From Dehalococcoidia bacterium (GTDB lineage Bacteria; Chloroflexota; Dehalococcoidia; Dehalococcoidales; BS750m-G39), in contig JASFHK010000007.1 in NCBI GenBank assembly GCA_050123275.1, positions 659 through 64,658 on the forward strand: DNA of 64,000 nt, in the 5' to 3' direction. The position numbers were made by a program, and so were the translations under genes. The notes under the pieces are model-generated. The model was not told where the DNA came from. It saw only the letters and a list, made by a program, of their open reading frames with translations, and ran no database searches. Below are positions 49,226 to 60,405 of this stretch, piece after piece (within the stretch, counting starts at the first letter, position 1; every line of letters begins with the position of its first letter).

Positions 49226-49776
49226 AGCCCGAGGTCGTCGGCGATGCCCTTCATCGCCTTCAGTCCCAGTTCGATAAAATCGTCGAGCTGGATACCCAGC
49301 TCGGAGCAGAGCGCGATTTGCTCCCGGTTGGCGCCCGCGGCAAAGCTCTTTTCCTTGAATTTCTTCTTCACCGAACTGGCTTCGACGCTGCCCAGTTTCT
49401 TGTCGGGGCGCACCAGCGCCGCTGCGGTAATGAGGCCGGTGAGCGGGTCGGCGCAAAAGAGGGCTTTATCCAGCTTACTCTCGCGGGGAACGCCGTGGGC
49501 TTCGTTGTGGCAGAGTACGGCGTGGGCCATCGCCTCGCTGGCCCCCATCTCCCTGACCAGGTCGGCGCCCAAACGGCTGTGGGTGCTCATGTCGCCCTCG
49601 GTAAGCTCCATGTCGATGTCGTGCAACAGCCCGGTAAGCCCCCACTCCTCCTCGTCCTCACCCAGACGCCTGGCCAGCGCGCGCATGATGGCCTCGGTAG
49701 CCAGCATGTGCTTGATGGTGTTCTTGTTCTCCACGTTGGCGTCGATAGAGTCCAGTGCCTCGTCGCGAGTCAACAT
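49222..49776 (-). CDS. HD/HDIG domain phosphohydrolase
   Basis: KHMLATE, GLLHDID, CHN, KEKSFAAGANR. Confidence 0.85.
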   Translation of the reverse strand: MLTRDEALDSIDANVENKNTIKHMLATEAIMRALARRLGEDEEEWGLTGLLHDIDMELTEGDMSTHSRLGADLVREMGASEAMAHAVLCHNEAHGVPRESKLDKALFCADPLTGLITAAALVRPDKKLGSVEASSVKKKFKEKSFAAGANREQIALCSELGIQLDDFIELGLKAMKGIADDLGL

Positions 49777-49804
49777 CGCCTCCTTCGCGGGGGAAAAGGG
49801 GGTT

Positions 49805-52651
49805 CTAGCCTTTTAAAGCATACTCCATATCCTCGCCCCGATGCAACACCCTGCCCAGGTACTGGCCGGTGGCGGATGACTTTTTGCCGGCTATTTTTTC
49901 GGGGGTGCCGGTGGCGACGATCTTGCCGCCGCCGTCGCCCGCCCCCGGGCCGAGGTCGATGATATGGTCGGCGTTCTTCATCACGTCCAGGTGGTGCTCG
50001 ATAACGACCACGCTGTTGCCGGCGTCAACCAGCCGCTGGAGCACTCGCAGCAGCGCCGCCACGTCCTCGAAAGCAAGCCCCGTGGTCGGCTCGTCGAGGA
50101 TGTAGAGCGTCCTCCCCGTGGAGCGTTTGGATAGCTCCGTGGCCAGCTTCACCCGCTGCGCCTCGCCGCCGGAAAGGGTGGGTGCCGGCTGCCCCAGTCG
50201 GATATAGCCCAGCCCCACGTCCCGCAGCGTTTGCAGCTTGTTCTTCACCTTGGGGAAGTTCTCGAAGAAGGCCAGCGCCTGCTCCACCGTCATGTCGAGC
50301 ACCTCGGCGATGTTCTTACCCTTGAACCTTATCTCCAGCGCCTCGCGGTTATAGCGCTTCCCCTTGCATACCTCGCAGGCGACGGTGACGTCGGGCAGGA
50401 ACTGCATCTCAATCTGGATGTAACCCTCGCCGCGGCAGGCCTCGCAGCGCCCGCCCTTCACGTTGAAGGAAAAGCGCCCCGGTGCATAGCCCCGCATCCT
50501 GGCCTCGGGCACGGTGGCGAAAAGCTCGCGGATGGGGGTAAAGGTGCCGGTATAGGTGGCGGGGTTACTGCGGGGGGTGCGCCCGATAGGCGACTGGTCG
50601 ATATTGACCACCTTGTCGATGTGCTCGATGCCGGTGATGGCGTCGCACTGGCCGGGCCTCTCCTTGGCGTGGTAGAAGAGCTGCGCCAGCTTCTTGTAGA
50701 GAATGTCGTCGATGAGCGTGCTCTTGCCGCTGCCGGAAACACCGGTGACGCAAACGAACTGGCCCAGGGGTATGTGGACGTTGATGTCTTTGAGGTTATT
50801 CTGCTTGGCCCCCTCGATGACAATCTCGGCGCCGTTGCCGGGGCGGCGTTGGGGAGGCAAGGGAATCTCCTTGGCGCCGCTCAAGTACTGGCCGGTCACC
50901 GATTCGGCGCACTTCATGATGTCGTCCAGCGTGCCGGTGGCGACGATGTAGCCGCCGTGCTCGCCCGCGCCGGGCCCCATGTCGATAACGTGGTCGGCGG
51001 CGCGCATCATGGCTTCGTCGTGCTCGACGACGACAATGGTGTTGCCCAGCTCTTTCAAGCGTTTCAGGGTCTCGATTAAACGAAAATCGTCGGCGGGGTG
51101 CAGGCCGATGGTCGGCTCGTCGCAGATATAGAGCACCCCCATCAACCCGCTGCCGATTTGAGTGGCCAATCTTATGCGCTGCGCCTCGCCGCCGGCCAGC
51201 GTCGCCGAGGCGCGGTCGAGGTTGAGATAGTCCAGACCGACATCCTTGAGGAAGCCCAGCCGCGTTTTTATTTCCTTGTTTATCTGCTCGGCAATCAGCT
51301 TCTCCCGCTTGGTGAGCACCTTGCGGCCGATTTCATCGAACCAGTTTAAGGCCTGCACCACCGACATGGCGGCCACATCCATGATGTTCAAGCCGTTGAT
51401 GGTCACCGATAGCGATTCCGGCTTGAGACGCTTGCCCTCGCAGGCGGTGCAGGGCCGCGAGACCATGTAACGCTCGATATTGGCGCGGGAGTGCTCCGAC
51501 TCCGTGTCGCGGTAGAGCCTTTCCAGATTGGGGACGATACCCTCGTAGCCGTCGGAAATGCGCACCTTCCTGCCGAAACGGTTGCGGTAGGAGTGCGTCT
51601 CCCTGCCCTCGCCATAGAGCAGAAGTTTAATCTGTGCTTCACTAAGGTCCTTGACGGGTGTGTTCAGAGAGAAGCCCTTTTTGCGCGCCAGCGGCTCCAC
51701 CCGCCACAGATACCAGTTATGGTACTGCCAGGGGCGGATGGCCCCCTCCATAACGGAGAGCTCCTTGTTAAGCACCAGGTCGGGGTCTACTTCGAGACGG
51801 TAGCCCAGCCCGCTGCACTGGCGGCAGGCGCCGTGGGGGCTGTTGAAACTGAAGGTACGCGGGGCGATCTCGCCCAGGCTGACCCCGCAGTGGACGCAGG
51901 CGAAATGCTCCGAAAAGAGCAGTTCCTCACCGTCGATGATAGACACCAGCACCACCCCCGCCCCCAGTTTTAGCGCCGTCTCCACCGAGTCGGCGATGCG
52001 GCTCGGCTCGCTCTGCCCCATCACTAATCTGTCCACCACCACGGCGATAGAGTGCTTCTTGTATTTATCCAACTGAATATCCTCGGAAAGCTCCCTGATA
52101 TCGCCGTCAACGCGCACGCGTACGTAGCCCGCCTTGCGCAGGTCGTCGAAGACCGACTGGTATTCGCCCTTGCGGTCGCTAATAAGTGGCGCCAGTATCA
52201 TGATGCGGCTCTTGGCAGGGATTTTGAGCACGGCGTCCACAATCTGCTGCACCGTCTGCGCCGTTATCTCCCGCCCGCACTTGGGGCAGTGGGGATGGCC
52301 CACGCGGGCGAAAAGCAAACGCAGGTAGTCGTAGATTTCGGTGACCGTGCCCACCGTCGAGCGCGGGTTCTTGCTGGGGCCCTTCTGGTCGATGGATATA
52401 GCCGGGCTCAAGCCCTCGATATAGTCTACCTCGGGCTTTTCCATCCGCCCTAAAAACTGGCGGGCGTAAGCCGACAGCGACTCCACGTAGCGGCGCTGCC
52501 CCTCGGCGTAAATTGTGTCGAAAGCCAGCGAGCTTTTGCCCGAGCCGGAAACGCCGGTGATGACCACCAGCTTGTCGCGGGGAATGGTGACGTCGATATT
52601 CTTGAGATTGTGCTCGCGAGCGCCCTTGACGACGATAGCCTGTGACGGCAT
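49805..52651 (-). CDS. uvrA: excinuclease ABC subunit A
   Basis: two GVSGSGKS Walker A motifs, zinc fingers, LSGGEAQR. Confidence 0.98.
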   Translation of the reverse strand: MPSQAIVVKGAREHNLKNIDVTIPRDKLVVITGVSGSGKSSLAFDTIYAEGQRRYVESLSAYARQFLGRMEKPEVDYIEGLSPAISIDQKGPSKNPRSTVGTVTEIYDYLRLLFARVGHPHCPKCGREITAQTVQQIVDAVLKIPAKSRIMILAPLISDRKGEYQSVFDDLRKAGYVRVRVDGDIRELSEDIQLDKYKKHSIAVVVDRLVMGQSEPSRIADSVETALKLGAGVVLVSIIDGEELLFSEHFACVHCGVSLGEIAPRTFSFNSPHGACRQCSGLGYRLEVDPDLVLNKELSVMEGAIRPWQYHNWYLWRVEPLARKKGFSLNTPVKDLSEAQIKLLLYGEGRETHSYRNRFGRKVRISDGYEGIVPNLERLYRDTESEHSRANIERYMVSRPCTACEGKRLKPESLSVTINGLNIMDVAAMSVVQALNWFDEIGRKVLTKREKLIAEQINKEIKTRLGFLKDVGLDYLNLDRASATLAGGEAQRIRLATQIGSGLMGVLYICDEPTIGLHPADDFRLIETLKRLKELGNTIVVVEHDEAMMRAADHVIDMGPGAGEHGGYIVATGTLDDIMKCAESVTGQYLSGAKEIPLPPQRRPGNGAEIVIEGAKQNNLKDINVHIPLGQFVCVTGVSGSGKSTLIDDILYKKLAQLFYHAKERPGQCDAITGIEHIDKVVNIDQSPIGRTPRSNPATYTGTFTPIRELFATVPEARMRGYAPGRFSFNVKGGRCEACRGEGYIQIEMQFLPDVTVACEVCKGKRYNREALEIRFKGKNIAEVLDMTVEQALAFFENFPKVKNKLQTLRDVGLGYIRLGQPAPTLSGGEAQRVKLATELSKRSTGRTLYILDEPTTGLAFEDVAALLRVLQRLVDAGNSVVVIEHHLDVMKNADHIIDLGPGAGDGGGKIVATGTPEKIAGKKSSATGQYLGRVLHRGEDMEYALKG

Positions 52652-52776
52652 GGGTAAACCTCTTTCCGTAGATTAATTGTAACATTTGCGGCGGAAGGGC
52701 AACAAGTTGACCCTATCGCCTAATGGCGAATTTTATGATACACTACTCGGCGGCGGACCTTTGTGCTAAACTAGGT

Positions 52777-54351
52777 ATGGGGGTAATCCGAGAGTTGACC
52801 GTATCAGAGATGCTGGCTCGCAACGGACGCATGTATCCCGACGATACCGCCCTCATCGAATTAAAACCCAGCGCCGGCTTAAGAAAAGAAATCACCTGGA
52901 AGCAGTTCGACGAGCGGGCCAACCGCGTCGCCAACGCCCTCATCGAGCGGGGCATTAAAAAGGGCGACAAGGTCATCCACTGGATGACCAACTCCATTAA
53001 CTGGCTGGAAGCCTACTTCGGCATCATCCGAACGGGCGCCTGGGTAGTGCCCCTTAATTTTAGATTTAACGAGCGTGATTTTAAATATTGCGCCGAAATC
53101 GCCGAGGCCAAGGCAATAATTTTGGGCGAACAGTTTATCGCGCCGGTGCAGGCCGCCCGCCCCCACCTCCCCACCATCGAGCACTATATCGTCGTCGGCG
53201 ACACCGTTCCCGAAGGCATGGAGAGCTTCGAAGCGGTAGTCAAGGCGGCTTCCCCGGAACCGGTGGAGATTGAGCTGAAAGGCAGCGACGAGTGCGGGCT
53301 TTATTTCACCTCGGGCACCACCGGCTCCCCCAAGCCGATACTGCTCACCCACCAGAACATGGAGTGCGCCGCCGTCACCGAGAGCCACCACCACCGCCAG
53401 CAAAAAGAGGACAATTTCATCCTCATCCCGCCGCTATACCACACCGGCTCCAAGATGCACTGGTTCGGCAGCCTCGTCGTCGGCGGCAAAGCCACCCTGC
53501 TCACCGAAATTTCCCCCCAGATTATTCTGGAAACGGTGGACCGGGAAAAAGGCAGCATCGTCTGGCTGCTGGTGCCCTGGGCGCAGGACATACTGACGGC
53601 ATTAGACAGCGGCGAGCTTAAAAAAGAGGACTACGATTTGAGCCGGTGGCGGCTGATGCACATCGGCGCCCAGCCGGTGCCTCCCAGCCTGATAAAACAC
53701 TGGAAGCAGCATTTCCCCGACATGCAGTACGACACCAACTACGGGTTGAGCGAGTCCACCGGCCCGGGGTGCGTCCACCTGGGCATCGAGAACGAGCACA
53801 AGGTGGGCGCCATCGGCCAGCCCGGCTTCAACTGGGAAACGCGCATCGTCGACGCGAAGGGCAACGACGTGGCTAAGGGCAAAATCGGCGAGCTGCTGGT
53901 CAGGGGCGACGGGGTGATGAAGGAATACTACAAGAACCCCCAGAAAACAAAAGAAACACTCAAAGACGGCTGGCTTTACACCGGTGACATGGCCAGAGAA
54001 GACGAGGACTGCTTTATCTACCTGGTCGACCGCAAGAAAGACCTGGTCATCACCGGCGGCGAGAATATCTATCCCGTCGAGGTAGAAGACACCATCCACA
54101 AGCACCCCGAGGTCTATGACGTCGGCGTCATCGGCATCCCCGACGAAAGACTGGGCGAAATCGCCCTGGCCGTCATCGACCCCAAGCCCGGCGCCACGCT
54201 GACCGAAGACGAAATAATGAAGTTCTGTGAAAAGAACCTGCCCCGCTACAAAAGACCGCGGCGTATCGTCTTCGACAAGGTGTCCCGCAACCCCACCGGC
54301 AAGATTGAAAAGCCGAAGCTGCGCCAGAAATACACCCGGCCAGGAGGCTAG
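52777..54351 (+). CDS. AMP-dependent acyl-CoA synthetase
   Basis: YFTSGTTGSPK, YGLSE, YTGD, DRKKD, NPTGK; start may be TTG 52795. Confidence 0.9.
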   Translation: MGVIRELTVSEMLARNGRMYPDDTALIELKPSAGLRKEITWKQFDERANRVANALIERGIKKGDKVIHWMTNSINWLEAYFGIIRTGAWVVPLNFRFNERDFKYCAEIAEAKAIILGEQFIAPVQAARPHLPTIEHYIVVGDTVPEGMESFEAVVKAASPEPVEIELKGSDECGLYFTSGTTGSPKPILLTHQNMECAAVTESHHHRQQKEDNFILIPPLYHTGSKMHWFGSLVVGGKATLLTEISPQIILETVDREKGSIVWLLVPWAQDILTALDSGELKKEDYDLSRWRLMHIGAQPVPPSLIKHWKQHFPDMQYDTNYGLSESTGPGCVHLGIENEHKVGAIGQPGFNWETRIVDAKGNDVAKGKIGELLVRGDGVMKEYYKNPQKTKETLKDGWLYTGDMAREDEDCFIYLVDRKKDLVITGGENIYPVEVEDTIHKHPEVYDVGVIGIPDERLGEIALAVIDPKPGATLTEDEIMKFCEKNLPRYKRPRRIVFDKVSRNPTGKIEKPKLRQKYTRPGG

Positions 54352-54352
54352 A

Positions 54353-56257
54353 ATGGGAAAATTAAGCATAACTTCCGACGCCCCCGGAGAACGTTTATTC
54401 GTCCTGGGTAACGAAGCCATCGCCCGCGGCGCTATCGAGGCCGGCGTCCAGCTGGCCGCCGCCTACCCCGGCACCCCCTCCAGCGAAATCGTGGAGACCT
54501 TGAGCCAGGTGACTGAAGAGACGGGGATGTACGTAGAGTGGTCGGTCAACGAAAAGGTGGCCTTCGAGGTGGCTCTGGCGGCCTCCATCTGCGGGGTGAG
54601 AGCCATGGCGGCCATGAAACACGTCGGGGTCAACGTGGCCCACGACCCGCTGATGACGGCCAACTACATCGGGGCCAAGGGCGGGCTGGTGCTGCTCTCT
54701 GCCGACGACCCCTCGGCCTGGAGCTCCCAGAACGAGCAGGACAACCGCTACATCGCCCTGCAAGCGTACATGCCCGTCCTGGAGCCTTCATCGGTGCAGG
54801 AAGCCAAGGAGATGATGGCCGACGCCTTCAACCTCTCCGAGAAATTCCGCCAGCTCTTCATGCTGCGCTCGGTGACCCGCATCGGCCACGCCCGCAGCGA
54901 TTTGGTGCTGGGCAAGATATCGAAGGAAAAACGGGAGGGCAAGTTCGTCAAGAACCGCGACTGGCTGGTCTATACCCCCCGCGAAGCCCGGCTCAACAAG
55001 CCGCTGATGCTGGAGCGCTTCGACGCCATCAAGAAGGCGGCCAACACCATGCCCTACAATAAGCTCAAGCCGGCCAGCGGCGCCAGGCTGGGTATCATCG
55101 GCTGCGGGCTCGACTATAGTTACACTATAGAAGCCTTGAAGTGGCTGGAGCTTGAGGACAAGGTTTCGGTACTGAAGATCGGCACCCCCCACCCCCTGCC
55201 CGAGGAGCTGGTCGTCGAGTTGCTTAAATCGGTCAAAGAGGTGCTGGTGGTCGAGGAAATCGACCCCTTCGTCGAGCTCAAGGTGAAAGCCCTCGCCAAC
55301 GAGCACAATATAGCGGTCAAAGTCCACGGCAAGGACTTGCTGCCCCGCGCCGGCGAGCTGTCCACGCGCAAGGTCACCGAGGCTATCGCCAGATTGAGCG
55401 GGGCCAAAGCGCCGGTGGACTTCGCCAAACTGGACAAGCTGGTCGAAGAGACGGCCCCCCTCCTCCCCTGGAGGCCGCCGGCGCTCTGTCCCGGCTGTCC
55501 CCACCGCGCCACCCACTACGCCATCAAGGTCGCCTCGAAAAAGGTCTCCCGCGAGCTGGGCAAGGAGGTGGAAGCGGTCTTCCCCGGCGACATCGGCTGC
55601 TATTCGCTGGGCTATAACCCGCCCCTGGAGGCGGAGGACACCACCATCTGCATGGGCGGCAGTTTCGGTATCGCCAACGGGCTGGCCCACGTGATAAAAG
55701 CGCCCATCGTCGCCCACTTGGGCGATTCGACCTTCTTCCACGCCGGCATACCGCCCATGATAAACGCCGTCTATAACCAGGCCAACATCACCATGGTGGT
55801 CATGGACAACTCGGCGACGGCCATGACCGGCTTTCAGCCCCACCCCGGCACCGGCTACACGGCGGTGGGCGAGGCGACGGCACAGATAAAACCGGAGGAC
55901 GTAGCCCGCGCCTGCGGGGTGAAGTTCGTCGAGGTCGTCGACCCCTACGACCTGAAAGAGGCGGCCAAGACGATGGAAGCCGCCATCCGCTTCGACGGCC
56001 CCGCCGTGGTCGTTTCGCGGCGGCTCTGCGCCATCATCGACCAGCGGGAGAAGCGGAAACACAAGGAGGCCGCCGTCACCTTCACCGTCGACCAGGAGCG
56101 GTGCAGCGGCAAGTGCAACGCCTGCATCGAGCTGCTGGGCTGCCCAGCGATAATAAAAGAGGACGGTAAGACCATCATCGACCAGGCGCTCTGCACCGGC
56201 TGCGGCATCTGCGCCCAGGTCTGCCCTTACAAAGCGATAATAGAGGTGAGCCAATGA
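54353..56257 (+). CDS. iorA: indolepyruvate ferredoxin oxidoreductase alpha
   Basis: GNEAIARG, YPGTPSSE, MKHVG, CPGCPHR, GDSTFFHAG, C-terminal ferredoxin. Confidence 0.93.
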   Translation: MGKLSITSDAPGERLFVLGNEAIARGAIEAGVQLAAAYPGTPSSEIVETLSQVTEETGMYVEWSVNEKVAFEVALAASICGVRAMAAMKHVGVNVAHDPLMTANYIGAKGGLVLLSADDPSAWSSQNEQDNRYIALQAYMPVLEPSSVQEAKEMMADAFNLSEKFRQLFMLRSVTRIGHARSDLVLGKISKEKREGKFVKNRDWLVYTPREARLNKPLMLERFDAIKKAANTMPYNKLKPASGARLGIIGCGLDYSYTIEALKWLELEDKVSVLKIGTPHPLPEELVVELLKSVKEVLVVEEIDPFVELKVKALANEHNIAVKVHGKDLLPRAGELSTRKVTEAIARLSGAKAPVDFAKLDKLVEETAPLLPWRPPALCPGCPHRATHYAIKVASKKVSRELGKEVEAVFPGDIGCYSLGYNPPLEAEDTTICMGGSFGIANGLAHVIKAPIVAHLGDSTFFHAGIPPMINAVYNQANITMVVMDNSATAMTGFQPHPGTGYTAVGEATAQIKPEDVARACGVKFVEVVDPYDLKEAAKTMEAAIRFDGPAVVVSRRLCAIIDQREKRKHKEAAVTFTVDQERCSGKCNACIELLGCPAIIKEDGKTIIDQALCTGCGICAQVCPYKAIIEVSQ

Positions 56258-56862
56258 TTAAAGAATTCAACGTTCTGATAACCGGGGTCGGCGGCCAGGG
56301 GGTAATCCTGATGTCGGAGCTGCTGGGGGGGGCGGCGGTCAAGGATAAGCTCAAGGTCAGCGGCTCGGAGATACTGGGCATGGCGGTGAGGGGTGGCTCG
56401 GTAACCAGCGCCATCCGGCTCGGCGAAGACGTTTACGGCCCCCTCATCCCCACCGGCAAGTGCAGCGCCCTGGTGGGCATGGAGCCTTCCGAGGCACTGC
56501 GCAATATCAGCTACCTTTCCCCTTCCAGCCTGGTTATCGTCAACACCACGCCCACCGTGCCCTTCACCGTTCCTCTGGGGCAAAGCCGTTATCCCGACCT
56601 GGAGACGATTGTGGCCAAGCTAAAAAAAACCGCCGAAAAGGTAATCACCCTCGACGCCGCCAAGCTGGCTTTGAAAGCGGGCAGCCTGCTCACCACCAAT
56701 GTCATCATGCTGGGGGCATTGTTCGGCACGGAAAGGCTGCCCATAAAGATAGCAACCATCAAGGAGACGATTGAGGAACGCTTTCCGGCCAAGGTGGCGC
56801 CGCTGAACATCAAGGCCTTCGATTTGGGCTACGAAAGCTGCCGTAAGGCCCTCACCAGATAA
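56254..56862 (+). CDS. iorB: indolepyruvate ferredoxin oxidoreductase beta
   Basis: GVGGQG, SEILGMAVRGGSV, NVIMLGA. Confidence 0.9.
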   Translation: MIKEFNVLITGVGGQGVILMSELLGGAAVKDKLKVSGSEILGMAVRGGSVTSAIRLGEDVYGPLIPTGKCSALVGMEPSEALRNISYLSPSSLVIVNTTPTVPFTVPLGQSRYPDLETIVAKLKKTAEKVITLDAAKLALKAGSLLTTNVIMLGALFGTERLPIKIATIKETIEERFPAKVAPLNIKAFDLGYESCRKALTR

Positions 56863-56898
56863 AGACAAAGCCCGCCGTGCTTTTAGCAGGATGGGGCC

Positions 56899-57516
56899 CT
56901 ATATGGTGATGGAGTCTCTCATCACTTCCCAGACCGCCTCGAAATCATCCCATCCGTCCTCGGCTAAAATTATTACCATCGTGCCGACATCATTATCGGC
57001 TAGAACAATCAAAATACAGATTTTTACCGGCTCTCCGTCCATCTCGGCGGTGTAGATTGCCTCCCAAGCCTCGTAGCCCAGTGAAGCCATCGGTCGCATT
57101 GTTTCCTGGGCAACATCTGTAGAGTCACCCAACAAATCAAATTGGAGCATTTCGATGTATTCTCGCCCGGACATATTGATTTCTTCCAAGGCGACTTCCC
57201 AACCCGGCCAGTCCAAGCCCAGTTCCGTGTAATATTCCTCCATTCCAACCGTCATCATCACTGCCATGACTTCATCTGCTTCGTCGCCATATCCCTCAAG
57301 CTCTATGTACTGTAACTCCTCTTCGGTAAAAGACTTGGTAAAAGCCGCCAGCAACTCATCGTAGTCCGGCGGTCTCTGCCAATGCTGGGGAATACTCACC
57401 GTCATCGCCCCGGCCGATACGCTCCTATAATCCGTATCCGGCGGCGTAACCTGACATCCCGCCGCGAACCCCAACACCATCGTCAGCGCAACTAGCAGGC
57501 TCACTATGGTTCTCAT
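56899..57516 (-). CDS. acidic lipoprotein of unknown function
   Basis: lipobox AAGC; RBS GGGAGG. Confidence 0.6.
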   Translation of the reverse strand: MRTIVSLLVALTMVLGFAAGCQVTPPDTDYRSVSAGAMTVSIPQHWQRPPDYDELLAAFTKSFTEEELQYIELEGYGDEADEVMAVMMTVGMEEYYTELGLDWPGWEVALEEINMSGREYIEMLQFDLLGDSTDVAQETMRPMASLGYEAWEAIYTAEMDGEPVKICILIVLADNDVGTMVIILAEDGWDDFEAVWEVMRDSITI

Positions 57517-57549
57517 TTGACCCTCCCTTTAAATCGGTGTCCTCAAATG

Positions 57550-57712
57550 AAAAAGGGACGCTCCTACCGCTTATTCAGCGGTGCGAAGTGCCCCTGTCTG
57601 GCTCTCTATGCTTTCCCGGCAAAGCAACGCCCTGATTGTTAATGCCACCCCACCCTCCGGTATGCTTTACAAGCCAAGGAATAACATTTTATATACTGAT
57701 TGTCAATAGCCC
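57550..57712 (-). promoter_or_regulatory. related promoter + terminator-like leader hairpin, divergent copy
   Basis: GGGCTA-TTGACA with weak -10; hairpin AGGGGCACTTC-GC-ACCGCTGAATAAGCGGT-AG-GAGCGTCCCTTTTT. Confidence 0.55.
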
Positions 57713-57727
57713 GCTAGGCAGCCCCCC

Positions 57728-59014
57728 CTACTTTATAAGCTCCATAATATGCATCACCTTCACCGGCACCTTGTTGCGCAACGTGCTGTCGATGAGCTGA
57801 ATCTCGCACCCCGGGCAGCTGCTGACCACGATATCGGCCCCCGTCTCTTTTATCGAAGCCGCCTTCTTGTCGCCGATTTCCTTGGACAGGTCGTAGTAGT
57901 GCAGGCTGAAAGCGCCGGCCATGCCGCAGCAACGGTCGGCGTTGGGCATCTCGACGTATTCGATGCCGGGTATCGACTTTATCAGCTGTCGCGGCTGGCT
58001 GGTTATCCCCAGGTGACGGTTGAGGTGACAGGGGTCGTGCCAGGTCACCTTCTTGCCCTTGGCCGCCTTCGACGGCTTGTAAGCCGAGGCGGGCAGCTTC
58101 AGCACGTCGATGAGGAACTGGGAGATATCGTAGACCTTATCGCCGAACTCTTTATAAGCCTTTTCCCGCTCTGGCGTGTCGGCCAGAAACTTGGCGTAAT
58201 CTTTCAGCGCCGAGGTGCAGCTGGCGCAGTCGGAGATGACGTAGTCCACACCCTCGAAGGCTTTGACGTTGGCGTCGGCCATCTTGCGTCCCGTCTCGAA
58301 GTCGCCGGCGCCTAAGTATACGGGCGCGCCGCAGCAGCCCTGCTCGCGAGGCACGATAACCTCGACCCCGTTGCGGGTGAGGAAGTCGATGATGTGCTCG
58401 CCCAGCTCGGGCAGGACGAAATCGGTCATGCAGCCGCTGAAATAGCCGACCTTCATTACCGTCTTCACGCCCTTAGGGGGCCGGTTAACCACGGGTATTA
58501 TCTGCCGCAGGAATTTGGGGGCAATCTGGGGTATGTTTCTCCCTTTACCTAAGGCCGAGAGGAACATGGAGAGGTGGCGTATGGTGCCCTCCGTTCTGGG
58601 CATGAAGACCCCCTGGAACCAGGAAGCGAACCTGACCACCCAGCCGAAAAGCCGGCGGCGGGGCAGCAGCCAGCGGTAGACGATATTGTAGGGGAACTTC
58701 AGTCCCCGCGCCCTGACGGCGTCGGCCCGGGCGGCGACGATGACGTTGGGGATATTGGCCTTGGCCGGGCAGTTGGCGGTGCAGGTCATGCAGAGGGTGC
58801 ACTTGTCGAGGCGCTCGGCGTACTCCGCGGTGTAGTCCAGGTCGCCGGCCAGCAGCCCGCGTATCATCATGTTCTTGCCGCGCGCCACCGAGGACTCGAT
58901 GCGCTCCTCCTGATAGACCGGGCACCAGAAGGTGCAAAAGCCGCACTTCATGCACTGGCTCAGGTCGCTTTCGAACCGTTTTATCTGTTCGTATCTGTCC
59001 TTATCATCGGCCAT
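57728..59014 (-). CDS. GlcF-like Fe-S / CCG-domain protein
   Basis: CMKCGFCTFWCP, CTLCMTCTANCP, CCG twice, HDPCH. Confidence 0.88.
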   Translation of the reverse strand: MADDKDRYEQIKRFESDLSQCMKCGFCTFWCPVYQEERIESSVARGKNMMIRGLLAGDLDYTAEYAERLDKCTLCMTCTANCPAKANIPNVIVAARADAVRARGLKFPYNIVYRWLLPRRRLFGWVVRFASWFQGVFMPRTEGTIRHLSMFLSALGKGRNIPQIAPKFLRQIIPVVNRPPKGVKTVMKVGYFSGCMTDFVLPELGEHIIDFLTRNGVEVIVPREQGCCGAPVYLGAGDFETGRKMADANVKAFEGVDYVISDCASCTSALKDYAKFLADTPEREKAYKEFGDKVYDISQFLIDVLKLPASAYKPSKAAKGKKVTWHDPCHLNRHLGITSQPRQLIKSIPGIEYVEMPNADRCCGMAGAFSLHYYDLSKEIGDKKAASIKETGADIVVSSCPGCEIQLIDSTLRNKVPVKVMHIMELIK

Positions 59015-59015
59015 C

Positions 59016-60404
59016 TCAAACCCTCTCCTCCTCCCATATTTTACCGGGGTTGAGGATATGGTTGGGGTCGAGCAGTGATTTTATCTTTATCATCAGGTCG
59101 AGGGCGATGGGGTCCATGGCCCTCGCCAGGAAGCGCTGTTTCTCCAGCCCGATACCGTGCTCGCCGGAGAGGACGCCGCCCAGCGATAGCGCCGCCTCGA
59201 AGATTTCTTCCATCGCCTGCTGGGCGCGGGCGAACTCCTCTTTATTGCTGATGTCGGTGAAGATGGAGGGATGCAGGTTGCCGTCGCCGGCGTGCCCCAG
59301 GTGGCTGATGAAAAAACCCGTCTTTTTGGATATCTCCTCCAGCTTGCCGATGAACTCGGCGAGCTTGTCGCGGGGCACGGCCACGTCCTCGGCCAATACC
59401 GTCTTGGCGGCGCCGAAGGTGGCCGCGAAGCCGGCGCTGCGCATCTTCCAGTATTTAGCCGCCTCGGCGTCGTCCTTGGCTACCTTGACCTCGCGGGCGC
59501 CGCTTTTGTTGAGTATATCCACGATTTGCTTGGCCTCCGCTTCCACCGCCGCCGGTGAGCCGTCGGCCATGATGAGCAGCAGCGCCTGGGCGTCGGTGGG
59601 CAGTCCCATCCCCATCATCTCCTCGACGCGGCGCAGGATGAAGTTGTCCACGAACTCAATCTTGGCCGGCACCACGCCGCTGGCCAGTATGTCGGAGACG
59701 GCCTGGCCGCCCGAGGTCATGTCGTCGAAAACGGCCATCATCGTCTTGCTGGCCGGGGGCAGCGGGATGAGTTTCAGGGTTATCTTGGTGATGACCCCCA
59801 GCGTCCCCTCGGAGCCGGTGAAGAGCATCATCAGCTCGTAGCCGGTGCGGTTTTTCACCGTCACCCCGCCCAGCTCCATGATGTAGCCGTTGGCCAAAAC
59901 CACCTCCAGCCCCAAAACGTATTGTTTGGTAACCCCGTACTTGACGCAGTAGGGGCCGCCCGCGTTTTCGGCGATGGTGCCGCCGATAGTGCAGCCCAGG
60001 AAGCTCTGGGGGTCGGGGGGATAGAACAGCTTCTGCTTGGCTAAAGCCAGGTTGAAGTCGTGGAGCACCACGCCGGGCTCGACGGTGGCGGTGAAATTGG
60101 TCTTGTTGATGTCCAGTATCTGGTTCATCCGCACCGTGCAGAGCACGATGCCGCCCTTGATGGGTATCGAGCCGCCGCTGACGTTGGTACCCGCCCCCCG
60201 GGGCGTAACCGGCACCTTGTTGTCGTTGGCCAGCTTCAGTATCCGGGAAACCTGCTCGGCGCTGGCGGGTAACACCACCACGTCGGGCATGTGCGACCAG
60301 GTGGCGGTGCCGTCGTAGGAGTAGGTGGTCAGGTCTTCTTTGGAGGTGAGCACGGCGTCCTTGCCCACAATCTTCTCCAGTTGCGCTATCAGCTTCTTCT
60401 CCAT
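59016..60404 (-). CDS. GlcD-like FAD-linked 2-hydroxyacid oxidoreductase
   Basis: RGAGT, YPPDP, GSEGTLG, GHAGDGNLH, SGEHGIG, NPGK; ATG 60404. Confidence 0.9.
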   Translation of the reverse strand: MEKKLIAQLEKIVGKDAVLTSKEDLTTYSYDGTATWSHMPDVVVLPASAEQVSRILKLANDNKVPVTPRGAGTNVSGGSIPIKGGIVLCTVRMNQILDINKTNFTATVEPGVVLHDFNLALAKQKLFYPPDPQSFLGCTIGGTIAENAGGPYCVKYGVTKQYVLGLEVVLANGYIMELGGVTVKNRTGYELMMLFTGSEGTLGVITKITLKLIPLPPASKTMMAVFDDMTSGGQAVSDILASGVVPAKIEFVDNFILRRVEEMMGMGLPTDAQALLLIMADGSPAAVEAEAKQIVDILNKSGAREVKVAKDDAEAAKYWKMRSAGFAATFGAAKTVLAEDVAVPRDKLAEFIGKLEEISKKTGFFISHLGHAGDGNLHPSIFTDISNKEEFARAQQAMEEIFEAALSLGGVLSGEHGIGLEKQRFLARAMDPIALDLMIKIKSLLDPNHILNPGKIWEEERV

Positions 60405-60405
60405 T

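Noticed and set aside
52652-52720. LexA box upstream of uvrA
   Set aside because: No GAAC-N4-GTTC or CTGT-N8-ACAG site visible.
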